Below, piece by piece: positions 37,704 to 50,575 of a DNA stretch of 64,000 nucleotides (the stretch's first letter is position 1; every line of letters starts with the position of its first letter). The position numbers and the translations under genes are program-made. Source of the stretch: Octopus vulgaris (lineage: Eukaryota). Below the pieces are notes generated by a model. That model saw only the letters and a list, made by a program, of their open reading frames with translations, searched no databases and was not told where the DNA came from. The stretch is from NCBI GenBank assembly GCA_951406725.2, contig OX597830.1, forward strand, positions 66,712,001-66,776,000. The letters are read 5' to 3'.

Positions 37704-37874
37704 CATATATACGACGGGCTTCTTTCAGTTTCCGTCTACCAAATCGACTCACAAGGCTTTGGTTGGCCCGAGGCTATAGTAGAAGACGCTTGCCCAAGGT
37801 GCCACGCAGTGGGACTGAACCCGGAACCATGTGGTTGGTATGCGTGCTGCTTACCACACAGCCACTCCTTCGCC
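37455..37874 (-). mobile_element. SINE family A, full length
   Basis: Reverse complement of family A. Confidence 0.9.
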
Positions 37875-37926
<52 letters not shown>

Positions 37927-38345
37927 TGTATGTATACATGTATGTGTGTATGTGTCTGTAATATGTATGTATGTATAATTTGGTATGTTTGAATTATTTT
38001 TCCCCCTACTCTTAGAGAAAATGTTCTGCCATTGCCACAAAAACAGGAAAAGAAACTGAATTGAAATGATTCCAGAAATGTGTTAAGCAGATACAGATGT
38101 GGATGTTTTAATGTTAACTAAATCTATTAATTAGATGAGAAGTTTTCGTTACTGTGTAATTATGAAGTCACAGATGCAGAAACATTCCATTTTGCAGTTC
38201 TTCTCTCACCCACAGAAAAGAAAAAGCTAATTCAAAATTGAGTGAGATTTACAAGAGCAAAAAATTACATTCAGTCATATTTTTGACCAGTTAACTCTTT
38301 GTCTTCATTCGCCTAAGCTTGCCCTCACTCAGGTTTTAACAAGAG

Positions 38346-38728
38346 TGGAATGGAATGGAAGCACTCCGTCGCTTACGACGACGAAGGTTCCGGTTGATCC
38401 GAATCAACGGAACAGCCTGCTCGTGAAATTAACATGTAAGTGGCTGAGCACTCCACAAACACGTGCACCCTTAACGTAGTTCTCGGGGATATTCAGCGTG
38501 ACACAGAGAGTGACAAGGCCGGCCCTTTGAAATACAGGTACAACAGAAACAGGAAGTAAGAGTGAGAGAAAGTTGTGGTGAAAGAGTACAGCAGGGATCA
38601 CCACCATCCCCTGCCGGAGCTTTAGGTGTTTTCGCTCAATAAACACTCACAACGCCCAGTCTGGGAATCGAAACCGCGATCCTATGACCGCGAGTCCACT
38701 GCCCTAACCACTGGGCCATTGCGCCTCC
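38346..38728 (-). mobile_element. SINE family B, tail type 2, ending in (TTCCA)n
   Basis: Family B head with a 3' half different from 24411-24720. Confidence 0.88.
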
Positions 38729-39196
38729 ACCATTGCGTATCCAAGAGTAGGATATGGATGGATCAGCTGAGTTATGAGTAAGATGAGTGCAGTATTTACT
38801 ATATTGTCTGGCTTGTATGTTAAAGGTCAAGCTTTGAGTAGACTTTGTTACTGTCATCAATGATGGACAGTGGAGGTCAGTGATGATAATATTTGGTAGT
38901 GTTAAGGTTAGTATTGTAACCTAGCCTGTCATAATAGTTTACCAAATGAATCAGTAACTTTGCAGTCCAGCAAATGATATCAACAGAATAAATACAGAGC
39001 TTAAAAAAATAGAATATAAGTCCTGGGGGGGTCAATTCATTTGACTAAAAATACAAGACGATGCCCCAGCATGGCCAGAATCTAATAACTGAAACAAGTA
39101 AAAGACAAGGGGTAAGAGAAAGATGTGTGTGTGTGCGGTGGGGTGTCTTTGAATCTGAATCTTCCACCCCTCTTGCATTGCTTGACAACCAATGTT

Positions 39197-39779
39197 ATTT
39201 CTTTATTGCCCACAAGGGGCTAAACATAGAGGGGACAAACAAGGACAGACAAAGGGGTTAAGTGGATTACATTGACCCCAGTGCATAACTGGTACTTAAT
39301 TTATTGACCCTGAAAGGATGAAAGGCTAAGTCGACGTCGGCCGAATTTGAACTCAGAACGTAATGGTAGATGAAATACCTATTTCTTTACTACCCATAAG
39401 GGGCTAAACACAGAGGTGACAAACAAGGACAGACAAATGGATTAAGTCAATTAAATCGGCCCCAGTGCGTAACTGGTACTTATTTAATCGACCCCGAAAG
39501 GATGAAAGGCAAAGTCGACCTCGGCCAAATTTGAACTCAGAACGTAACGGCAGACAAAATACCTATTTCTTTACTACCCACAAGGGGCTAAACACAGAGG
39601 GGACAAACAAATGGATTAAGTCGATAACATTGACCCCAGTGCGTAACTGGTACTTATCTAGTTGACCCCGAAAAGATGAAAGGCAAAGTCGACCTCGGCG
39701 GAATTTGAACTCAGAACATAGCAGCAGACGAAATGCCGCTGAGCATTTCGCCCGGTGTGCTAACGTTTCTGCCAGCTCG
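39197..39779 (-). mobile_element. SINE family C, head-to-tail trimer
   Basis: Three units about 183-184 bp apart; only the 5'-most unit has the complete head. Confidence 0.88.
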
Positions 39780-40341
39780 TCACTTGACAACCATTGTTGG
39801 CTTGTTTATGTCCCTGTAAATACTAAACTTGAAAAAAAAAAAAATCACTAGGGCTAATTTTTTCAACTACAAGCCCCTCAAGGCTGTGCTCCAGCGTGGC
39901 CACAGACCAATGATTGAAATAATTAAAACATAAAACTAATTTTGCTACATTTAACACCTAGAATGAGGAGGTAAGATAGTTATAACCTTAACAACAACAA
40001 AAAAATCATCAATTACTGAAAAATTGCTGTTTTGTACAAGATTCACAGGAAGAAATAAAGAATTAATATCGTTTTCATTTGACCAACCACATCGTTCTCA
40101 TGAACCGAATCAATTTCAGAATACTAATAGCTTTTATTCTAATACTAGGTTTTATTTTATGTGTATTTATTTCATTAATAGTATATATTTTAGTAATGAT
40201 TCAAGACCACTCAACAAGATGACTTCAGTAATTGTATGTATGAGTGTGTATCCTATCAATCTGTCTGTCTGTCTATCAATCTATCTATTTATCTATCTGT
40301 CTATCTGTGTTGCTGTCTGTCTGTCTCTATCTATTTATCTT

Positions 40342-40407
<66 letters not shown>

Positions 40408-40427
40408 CCTACCTACCTATATATCAC

Positions 40428-40469
<42 letters not shown>

Positions 40470-40474
40470 GATCG

Positions 40475-40540
<66 letters not shown>

Positions 40541-40566
40541 ATATCTATCTATCTATGTACGTATAA

Positions 40567-40909
40567 GCGTAGGAGTGGCTGTGTAGTAAGGGGCTTGCTT
40601 ACCAACCACATGATTCTGGGTTCAGTCCCACTGGGTGGCACATTGGGCAAGTGTCTTCTATAGGCCTCAGGCCGACCAAAGCCTTGTGAGTGGATTTGGT
40701 AAACGGAAACTGAAAGAAGCACATTGTATATATGTATATATATATTATATATATATGACAACCGATGCTGGTGTGTTTACGTCCCCATAACTTAGCAGTT
40801 CTGCAAAAGAGACCAATAGAATAAGTCCCGGGGTCGATTTGCTCGACTTAAGTCAGTGCTCCAGCATGGCCAAAGTCAAATGACTGAAACAATTAAAAGA
40901 GTAAAGAGA
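40567..40909 (+). mobile_element. SINE family A with internal deletions
   Basis: Family A head and tail. Confidence 0.85.
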
Positions 40910-40954
40910 GTATCCATCCATCTATCCATCCATCTTTCTATCTATCTAGCCATC

Positions 40955-40990
<36 letters not shown>

Positions 40991-41292
40991 TGTCTGTATG
41001 TGTATGTGTGTGTGTGTGTAGAGGTGCGTGGCTTAGTGGTTAGGTTGTTAGTGTCATGATCATAAGTTTGTCGTTTCAAGATTCTTGGATCATGCCATGC
41101 ATTGTGTTCTTGAGCAAGACACTTCACTACATGTTGTCTCAGTCCACTCATCTGACAAAACTCAGTAATCCTGCAATGGACTGGCATGCCATTCTCAGAG
41201 AATATGTAAGTGTCACGGAATCTAGGAAACTGGCCCTATCTGCCTATATGACTCAGAAAGAATTTTAGCCTTTTATATATATATGTATATGC

Positions 41293-41343
<51 letters not shown>

Positions 41344-42282
41344 TATATAATGAATGAAGTAAAAGGAAAGGAAAAATAGTAGGTTTAGACCAATCTTTAA
41401 TTCATAATCCAATGTTTGACATCCTTTTGAAGGATGTTGGTCCTCACCTCTTTAATATATACATCATCGTTTAACGTCCGTTTTCCGCGCTAGCACAGGT
41501 TGGACGGTTCAACTGGGGTCTGTGAAGCCAGAAGGCTGCACCAGGCCCAGTTTGATCTGGCAATGTTTCTACAGCTGGATGCCCTTCCTAACGCCAACCA
41601 CTCCATGAGTGTAGTGGGTGCTTTTTACGTGCCAGACTCGTCTGGCAAACGGCCACGATCGGATGGTGCTTTTTATGTGCCACCGGCACGGGGGCCAGGC
41701 GAGGCTGGCAACAGCCATGAACGGATGGTGCTTTTTACGTGCCACCGGCACGAGGCCAGTTGGGGCAGCGCTGGCAATGGCCACGAACGGATGGTGCTTA
41801 TTTATATGTATATGTATGTGTGTGTGTGTGTGTGTATATATATATTTGTGTATATATGTGTGTGTATGTGTATATATCTTTTGCTAATATCTTTTATCTT
41901 TTACTTGTTTCTGTTATTAGACTGTGACCATGCTTGGGCACTCTGCCTTGAATAACTTTTAATCAAATAAATTGACCCCAGTACTAAAGAGGAACCAAAT
42001 TTTCAAAACATCGCAGAAAACATACTTAATAGGTTGTTTATAAAAACAACACTATGAAATTATAATTCTTAATTTAACAGAAAGGAGCCGGTGGGTACAC
42101 TGGTATAAATCACACTGGTTGTGAAAACACGGTGTTTTTTCTATGAAGGGCTTATTTGCCCCAGTATTAGATTATTTTCTTTAGTCAATACATGGTAATC
42201 ACTTACAACTTTTAAGCTTATAAAATATTGTTATTATTATTATTTACAAAATTGTAAAATTTGGCACCATATTTCAAAAACA

Positions 42283-42319
<37 letters not shown>

Positions 42320-42804
42320 AGATGGACTTCTTTCAGTTTCTGTCTACCAAATCCACTCACAAGACTTTGATCAGCCCAAGGTTGTAGCAGAAAACACTTG
42401 CCCAAGGCGCATGTAGTAGAAGTGAACCTTGGACCACGTGGTTGGCAAGCAAGCATCTTACCACACAGCCACACGCCATTTTATAAATGAAAATGAGCTA
42501 AAGGAGATCAGTATGACCATCGGCTTATATTTGAACAAGAAAGATAAATAAAAGTATATGTTAAAGTATCAGTCAAGATGAATTCGTAATTTATTGAAAT
42601 TATCTCTACTTACAGAGGAAGTAGAATGACCGCTTTGGGCCAATTGGGTCCAACTCCAAATGAGAAAAGTAGATGAGCTTAAGATTTAAGATTTCTCCAA
42701 CACATACATACATGTATATATATGTATACATATATATATGTTTATGCATATATGTGCATGTATATGTGTGTATATATATATATAAAATAAAATGAGACAA
42801 CAAA

Positions 42805-42871
<67 letters not shown>

Positions 42872-42890
42872 GTACATAGCTATACATATG

Positions 42891-42959
<69 letters not shown>

Positions 42960-43048
42960 GTATATATATATATATATGCATTAAATAAAATGAGACAACA
43001 AAGCCATGGCTGTGTGGAATTTTCAGGACATTTATATGGAGAAAGTTA

Positions 43049-43096
43049 GTCTTACAGCTGTTTCTGGGATATTAGGGATAGCTCTTTATCAGAGAC
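43049..43096 (-). ncRNA. Degenerate minimal hammerhead motif (G8 to A)
   Basis: Minus strand GUCU-CUGAUAA-...-GAAA-C-AGCU-G-UA-AGAC; perfect 4-bp stem I and palindromic helix III. Confidence 0.55.
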
Positions 43097-43572
43097 AATG
43101 TGAGATGGTTAAATAGAGGGAAATAGTAGAGTTCAATACAAGGAGTTCTTTTGGAAAAGGATGGAAATATGAAGTATAGGAGCAAATAAGAGAATAAAAA
43201 TAAAAATATATGTAGAATGTTATAGTTGCAGTTCCATTATCCAAGGAAAGTGGTGTAGAAGTGGTAAAAATGCTTCTTGTCCATGGTATGTAAATTCCGT
43301 TTGGAGTTCACATTTTGCCATTACAAATGGAAAGTGTGGAGATGTAGATTCCGTGTGCTGTTCATTCAAAGGGGTTTTGTGGGGGTGAATGAAATTTTGA
43401 GAATGTTGTAGTACTAATAAGCACCTTTCTTTCTTCTTTCCTCACCTATTCCTTTTGACCATTCTCCTCAATTTAACATACACATCTTTTCTCTCTTCTC
43501 TATCTACTTAGAGTTGTGGGCAAACACAAAGGCACACACACACACATTTGTACATTTATATTTACATGTGTA

Positions 43573-43605
<33 letters not shown>

Positions 43606-44479
43606 GTACTTTTCTACTCTAGGCACAAGGCCTAAAATGTTTTTGGGAGGGGGTGGTCACTCGATTAGATCAGCCCCAGTATGCAATTGGTACTTAATTT
43701 ATCGACCCTGAAAAGATGAAAGGCAAAGTTGACCTCAGCGGAATTTGAACTCAGAACATAAAGCCAGTCAAAATACCACTAAGCATTTTGCCTTGTGTGA
43801 TAATGTTTTTGCCAGCTCACCTTGTGTGTGTGTGTGTGTGTGTGTATGTGTGTGTGTGTGTGTATAAGGAGAATGATAAATGAACTGAGAAATAAGGAAA
43901 GCTTCTCACAATGCAGAAAGTTTAAAAGACCTTTACATTTCAGGTGCAAAGGCCTGTCTTCATAGATTGGCCTTTGCATCCAAAATCTAAAGGTTCTTTA
44001 GACTTTCTGCCTTCTTAGAAGTTCCCCTTATTTCTCATTTCATTTACTATTCTATCAAACTACAGTGTTCTTCTTTCATATAGGAGTGGCCCTGTGGTAA
44101 GAAGCTTGCTTCACAACCACATGTTTTTGAGTTCAGTCTCACTGCATGACACCTTGGGAGCAAGTGTCTTCTACTATAGCCTCAGGCCAACTAAAGCCTT
44201 GTGAGTGGATTTGGTTAACAGAAACTGAAAGACGCCCATCATGTGTGTGTGTGTTTGTCCTCCACCACCACTTCGCAACTGGTGTTAGTGTGTTTGCATC
44301 CTTGTAACTTAGCAGTTTGACAAAAGAGACCAACAGGATAAGAACCAGGCTTATGAAATAAAAAAAAATGTACTGGGAGCAATTCATTGTGCTAAAATAC
44401 TGCAAGGCGGTGCCCCAGCATGGCCACAGTCAAATGACTGGATTAAGTAAAAGAATGAATGAGTGTGTGTATATATAAT

Positions 44480-44517
<38 letters not shown>

Positions 44518-44692
44518 AACACAGGCTTCTTTCAGTTTCCCTCTATGAAATACACACACACGTCTTTGGTTATCCCACGACTGTAGTAGAAGACATCTAC
44601 TGAATGTACCATGAAGTGGGGCTGAACCTGCAATAATGTGATTTGGCAGCAAACTTCTTAACCACACAGCCACTATTATATATATATATATA

Positions 44693-45098
44693 GTCGCAGG
44701 AGTGGCTGTGTGGTAAGTAGCTTGTTTACCAACCACATGGTTCCGGGTTCAGTCCCACTGCGTGGCACCTTGGGCAAGTGTCTTCTACTGTAACCTCGGG
44801 CCGACCAAAGCCTTGTGAGTGGATTTGGTAGACGGAAAGTGAAAGAAGTCCGTCGTATATATGTATATATATATATGCATGTGTGTGTTTGTGCGTCTGT
44901 GTTTGTCCCCCTAGCATTGCTTGACAACCGATGCTGGTGTGTTTATGTCCCCGTTACTTAGCGGTTTGGCAAAAGAGACCGATAGAATAAGTACTGGGCT
45001 TACAAAAGAATAAGTCCCTGGTCGAGTTGCTCGATTAAAGGCGGTACTCCAGCATGGCCGCAGTCAAATGACTGGAACAAGTAAAAGAGTAAAAGAGT
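44693..45098 (+). mobile_element. SINE family A, full length
   Basis: Same head and tail as the other copies. Confidence 0.9.
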
Positions 45099-46324
45099 AT
45101 AGTATTTATTGTACTGAAGCCCCAGAGAGATTAATGACCTTGGTTAGATTTGAACTTAGGATATGGATTCACCAAATGAAGTATTTAAAATATGTAGTTT
45201 TGATGATTAGTTATTTACTTCACTTCACCTTCACCTATTGAAAAATTACCAAGGCACCGATGAAAGCTTATTAAAACGCGAGGAACTGAAAGATGGAAAA
45301 TAAATTAGTTGTAACTTCTCTTCCTATGCTTCCTGTTGATGCTGGCAGTGGTAGCATGCATACGTAGAAAACATCCATTTGTAAATAAGCGAGAGATGGG
45401 GAGGTGAGTGTGTGTGTGTGAGCATTTGTATATTTGTACATTAGTTGAGGAAACTTGGTGGTTGCAATGTGCTGTACATATGCGTGTTTCTTTATTGCCC
45501 ACAAGGGGCTAAACATAGAGGGGACAAACAAGGACAGACAAACGGATTAAGTCGATTATATCGACCCCAGTGCATAACTGGTACTTAATTTATCGACCCC
45601 GAAAGGATGAAAGGCAAAGTCGACCTCTCGGCGGAATTTGAACTCAGAACGCAATGACAGACGCAATACCGCTAAGCATTTCGCCCGGTGTGCTAACGTT
45701 TCTGCCAGCTCGCTGCCTGTACATATGTGTATATATCGATGCATATGGTAAGGCATGCTGAGGAAGGTGAGGCTATAATGCCAGTCCAGAAACCAGTCTA
45801 CATGAGTCCAATTACTTGAATATATGCTGAGAGATTGTCTTTGCCCATTTGCCTTCGAACGGTTAATTTCCGTATTTATTATCAGTGTATTTTGGTGATT
45901 TAAATAAGGATTTTAACTGTTATTTCCAGCAAGTCAACATACTTAGTATGTCCTTTGATCAATTTTAATCCTTCAGCTATTTAATGCCTTTTGGGGGCCT
46001 GCAATTGCCTATATTATTGATTGTGTTATTATCATTATTAAATTGTTACACTAAATAATAATAGAGTCAATGACATCTTTGCAAATATTTTCTTCTGAAT
46101 TATTTGCTCCACATTGAAATATATGTGTGTGTGAGTGAGTGAGTGCTGAGAAGCTGATACCAGTAATGTAAGTATGACTGTGTGCTTAAAAGAGGTCTGC
46201 TTTGCAAATGCAACCAAAATGATCATGAATTCAGTTCCATTCCATGGCACTTTGAGCAAGTACCTGCTACTATAGCCCTGGGTTGACCAGTGCCTTGTGT
46301 GGAAGCTCATCGTATATGTGCATC

Positions 46325-46366
<42 letters not shown>

Positions 46367-47121
46367 AGAGTGTGTGTCTCCCATCCATCACTTGACAACT
46401 ATTGTTGGTTTGTTTACATCCCCATAGTTTAATAGATCAGCAAAAGAGACTGTTAAAATAAGAATGAAACTTAAAAACAAGTATCAGAGCCAATTTGTTT
46501 GAGTAAGCCCTTCAAGGCAATGCTCCAGCATGGCTGCAGTTCAATGACTGAAACAAGTAAAAATAAAATTAAAAAACAAAAACAACATATGTGTATTTGG
46601 GAATTCACACATAAGAATGCTCAGTAGTTAGGGTTGGTAGTGTAAATATGTGTATAAACACTGCTGATTCATTTCATATTCCTATATGCATGACATTTAG
46701 ATATCTCCATATCACTGTATCAACCAGACTATCAGATGTAGTTATACACTGCTGGTCACAATGCACTTCCTCAGGTTGTTAAAAAAGTTTTAAACTATTC
46801 CATCCCACTGGTTAGGTGGCCAGACAGGCCATCATTCCCTTTGATGGAAAGTTTATCTGTTGCGGGGTTATCCATTTACAGCTGGGTGGACTGGTACAAT
46901 ATGAAGTGAAGTATCTTGCTCAGAACACAATGCATCACTGGTCTGGGGATTGAAATCACAATTTAGTGATTGTGAGTACAACACCCTAACCACTAGGCTA
47001 TGTGGCTTAGATATAACAGACTTTAACATTGTAACAATCTAACAACCAATGTCACCAAAAAGGGGTTAAAAATATCATTCTTCTTACTTGGTTGTTCCAG
47101 GAATTACTGTATAAATTAGTC

Positions 47122-47375
47122 TGTTGTGTCTGGGGAGAGACATTTTCTTTTTGTGCCTTATAATATAACACACTCACTGGTAAAATTTCCACTTTTTGTT
47201 TTTTCTTATTTTTATTTTCCTAAAATTTTTGTTAGTCAAAACTATTGAAAAGGTTGCAAGACGCAATGAAAATTTTAGGAAAATAAAAATAAGGAAAAAA
47301 AAAAGTGAAAATCTTACTGGTGAATGTGTTATATTATAAGGCACAAAAAGAAAATGACTCTCCCCAGACACAACA
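47122..47375. repeat. Inverted repeat, about 107-bp arms and 39-nt spacer
   Basis: tgttgtgtctggggagag...cctaaaatttt versus aaaattttagg...ctctccccagacacaaca. Confidence 0.88.
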
Positions 47376-48069
47376 AAATATGCTTCAACACACGAACTCA
47401 CATAAAGAATCTTGCAAACCAAATCCCAAAACGAAATGTATAAATTAGATTCTCCTTAAAAGGAAAATAATCAGTCAGGCATAGTATAAGGTGCAGGTGT
47501 GATATAAGGCACAGGCATGGCATAAGGTGCAAGCATGGCATAAGACACAGGTGTGGTTGTATGGTAAGAAGTTTGCTTCCCAACCACATGGTTCCAGGTT
47601 CGCTCCTACTGAGCAGCACCTTGAGCAAGTGTCGTCTACTATAGCCTCAAGCCAACTAAGGCCTTGTGAGTGAATTTGGTAAACAGAAATTGAAAGAATC
47701 TTGTTGTATATATATATATTTATATATGTATATGTATATATCTATGTGTGTTTGTCCCCCACCTCACCCACCACCACCACTTGCTAACCAGTGTTGGTGT
47801 CTTTACATCCCCATAACTTTGGCAAAAGAGGCCGGTAAATGTACCAGGTTTTAAAAAGGAAATTAGTCCTGGGGTTGATCAGTTCAACTAAAATTCCTCA
47901 AGGTGGTGCCTCAGCATGGCCTTAGTCTAATGACTGAAACAAGCAAAATTAACAGTGTAAAAGAAAGTCAATCAGAGTTTTCTTTCCCATTTGGAAGCAT
48001 CTTCTCATACTACATTGTATAAATTGTGCACCAATTTCATATTTTCTTGAAGCAGCATAATTTTCTTAA

Positions 48070-48532
48070 CCCTTTTGTTACTGTATTTATTTTGAGATGC
48101 TCTATGTTTCTTTCAATTAATTTTAAATATAACAAAGAATTTAGTAAAATTACTTGGTTATCATTCAACTAGTGTTAGGAACATAAATTGTAACTAAGGT
48201 TTGGTGAAAGATTTTAATTCAAAACTTATGAAAACAAGACATTTGTATTCAGAGCCAGAGGTAGTTTCAGCCGGGTTGGTAACGAAAGGATTAAATTAAT
48301 CATTTGTTAACCCTTTCGTTACTGTATTTATTTTGAGATGCTCTGTGTTTCTTTCAATTAATTTTAAATATAACAAAGAATTTAGTAAAATAACTTAGTT
48401 ATCATTCAACTAGTGTTAGGAACATAAATTGTGACTAAGGTTCGGTGAAATGTTTTAATTCAAAACTTATGAAAACAAGACATTTGTACTACAGAGCCAG
48501 AGCTGGTTTCAGCCGGGTTGGTAACGAAAGGG
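48070..48532. mobile_element. Two adjacent piggyBac-type MITEs (48070-48290 and 48311-48532)
   Basis: Each is flanked by TTAA with TIRs ccctttcgttac/gtaacgaaaggg; third copy at 50736-50955. Confidence 0.9.
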
Positions 48533-48881
48533 TTAAAACATTAATTCAACTCTCATTCCGTTTATCCTTTCATTTCATGTAAACATAAAGCTATCTCATT
48601 AAATACGAAATTAAACTAGAAATTATTAAAAAGACTAGGACGGAAAAAGAAAGTGTCTGTTTTAGAACCATTAGGGCATGAATTACCAACTTTAAAAACC
48701 ATGAATGGAACATGACAAAATAAAAGTTGCCGTGCAGAATTCATGCAAGCATAATGCTCTTTAACTAGCATGCAGAAACGGTAAAATCATGGAAAATGGT
48801 GTTTAGAGTGGATAGTATGTTATAGTACCATTCACCTCTATATCAAGCCATTATCCAACAAAAGGTGTAAAATATATTTAC

Positions 48882-49828
48882 AGGTGTAGGAGTGGCTGTG
48901 TGGTAAGTAGCTTGTTTACCAACCACATGGTTCAGGGTTCAGTCCCACTGCAGGACACCTTGGGCAAGTGTCTTCTGCTATAGCCTCGGACCGACCAAAG
49001 CCTTGTGAGTGGATTTGGTAGACGGAAACTGAAAGAAGCCGTTCGTATATATGTATATATATATATGTATGTGTGTTTGTGTATCTGTGTTTGTCCTCCT
49101 AGCATTGCTTTTCAACCGATGCTGGTGTGTTTACGTCCCCGTCACTTAGCGGTTCGGCAAAAAGAGACCGATAGAATAAGTACTGGGCTTACAAAGAATA
49201 AGTCCCGGGGTCGATTTGCTTGATTAAAGGCAGTGCTCCAGCATGGCTGCAGTCAAATGACTGAAACAAGTAAAAGAGTAAAAGAGAGAGTAGGCGTAGG
49301 AGTGGCTGTGTGGTAAGTAGCTTGCTTACCAACCGCATGACTCCAGGTTCAGTCCCACTGCGTGACACCTTGGGCAAGTGTCTGCTGCTATAGCCTTGGG
49401 CCAACCAAAGCCTTGTGAGTAGAATTGGTGGATGGAAGCTGAAAGAAGCCTGTCGTATGTATGTATTTATATATATGTATATGTATGTATGTATGTGTGT
49501 GTATATGTTTGTGTGTCGATTTGCTTGACTAAAGGCGGTGCTCCAACATGGCTGCAATCAAATGACTGAAACAAGTAAAAGAGATAGTAAAAAAGAGAGT
49601 ATGTGTGTATATGTTTGTGTGTCTGTGTTTGTCCCCCCAACATCACTTGACAACCGATGCTGGTGTGTTTACGTCCTCGTTACTTAGCAGTTCAGCAAGA
49701 GAGACCGATAGGATAAGTACCTGGCTTACAAAGAATAAGTCCTGGGGTCGATTTGCTCGACTAAAAGGCGTTGCTCCAGCATGGCCACAGTCAAATGACT
49801 GAAACAAATAAAAGAATAAAAGAATAAA
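48882..49828 (+). mobile_element. Tandem cluster of SINE family A (full, internally deleted and headless copies)
   Basis: Heads at 48882 and 49292; three tails. Confidence 0.85.
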
Positions 49829-50575
49829 AATTCAGCATTCAATAATCTGAATTCAGAAGAATTAATGTAAAAAAAAAAAAAAGAAAAAAAGAAAAAAAGA
49901 AAAAAATGGTAAACACTCACACAAACTTACCGACACACATCACATAATTATCATTAGAAATATAAAGCAGCTGAAAAAGTTATTCAAATGTTTGATGCTT
50001 TTGGTGGCTGGTTAGCAAAGTTCAGATATCAATATGTAGTCTGCATATCATTTAGATAACAATGGAAGCAGGAAGTGCTGACATCCTCCAGACTGCATCA
50101 GAAGTTCTAGCATAAGTGAAATGCTTCATAGACACAAGTAAATATACACCAAATATAATTTTTAATCTAATCAGATGTAGATTATTTTGGAAAAGTCTAA
50201 AACTTTTTTGTTATATTATTAGCATGCTCATTAGAACATCAGACAAAATACTTTGTTGCAATTTTCCGGTTCTTTACATTCTGAGTTCCAATATCACTGA
50301 GGTCAACTTTGCCTTTCATCCTTGCAGGGTTGATAAAATGAAGTACAAGTCAAGCACTGTGTTGATGTCATCGAGTTACCCCCCTTTGTCCTATTGCTGG
50401 CCTTATGCCAATAGGACAAAATTTATCATGTTTACTCTCAACTGAAGTAAGACTTTATAACCTCACTACCTCCTCCTGGTCCAATAAAAAACAAAAATTG
50501 AAACTGTTATTTGCGTAGTTATCACAGGATATACAATATCAATGTGATTGGTTCCCCTTAACAGTTTGTTTAAAG

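Noticed and set aside
42140-42170. ctatgaagggc-ttattt-gccc hammerhead-like fragment
   Set aside because: The core lacks G5 and no GAAA follows; too degenerate to call
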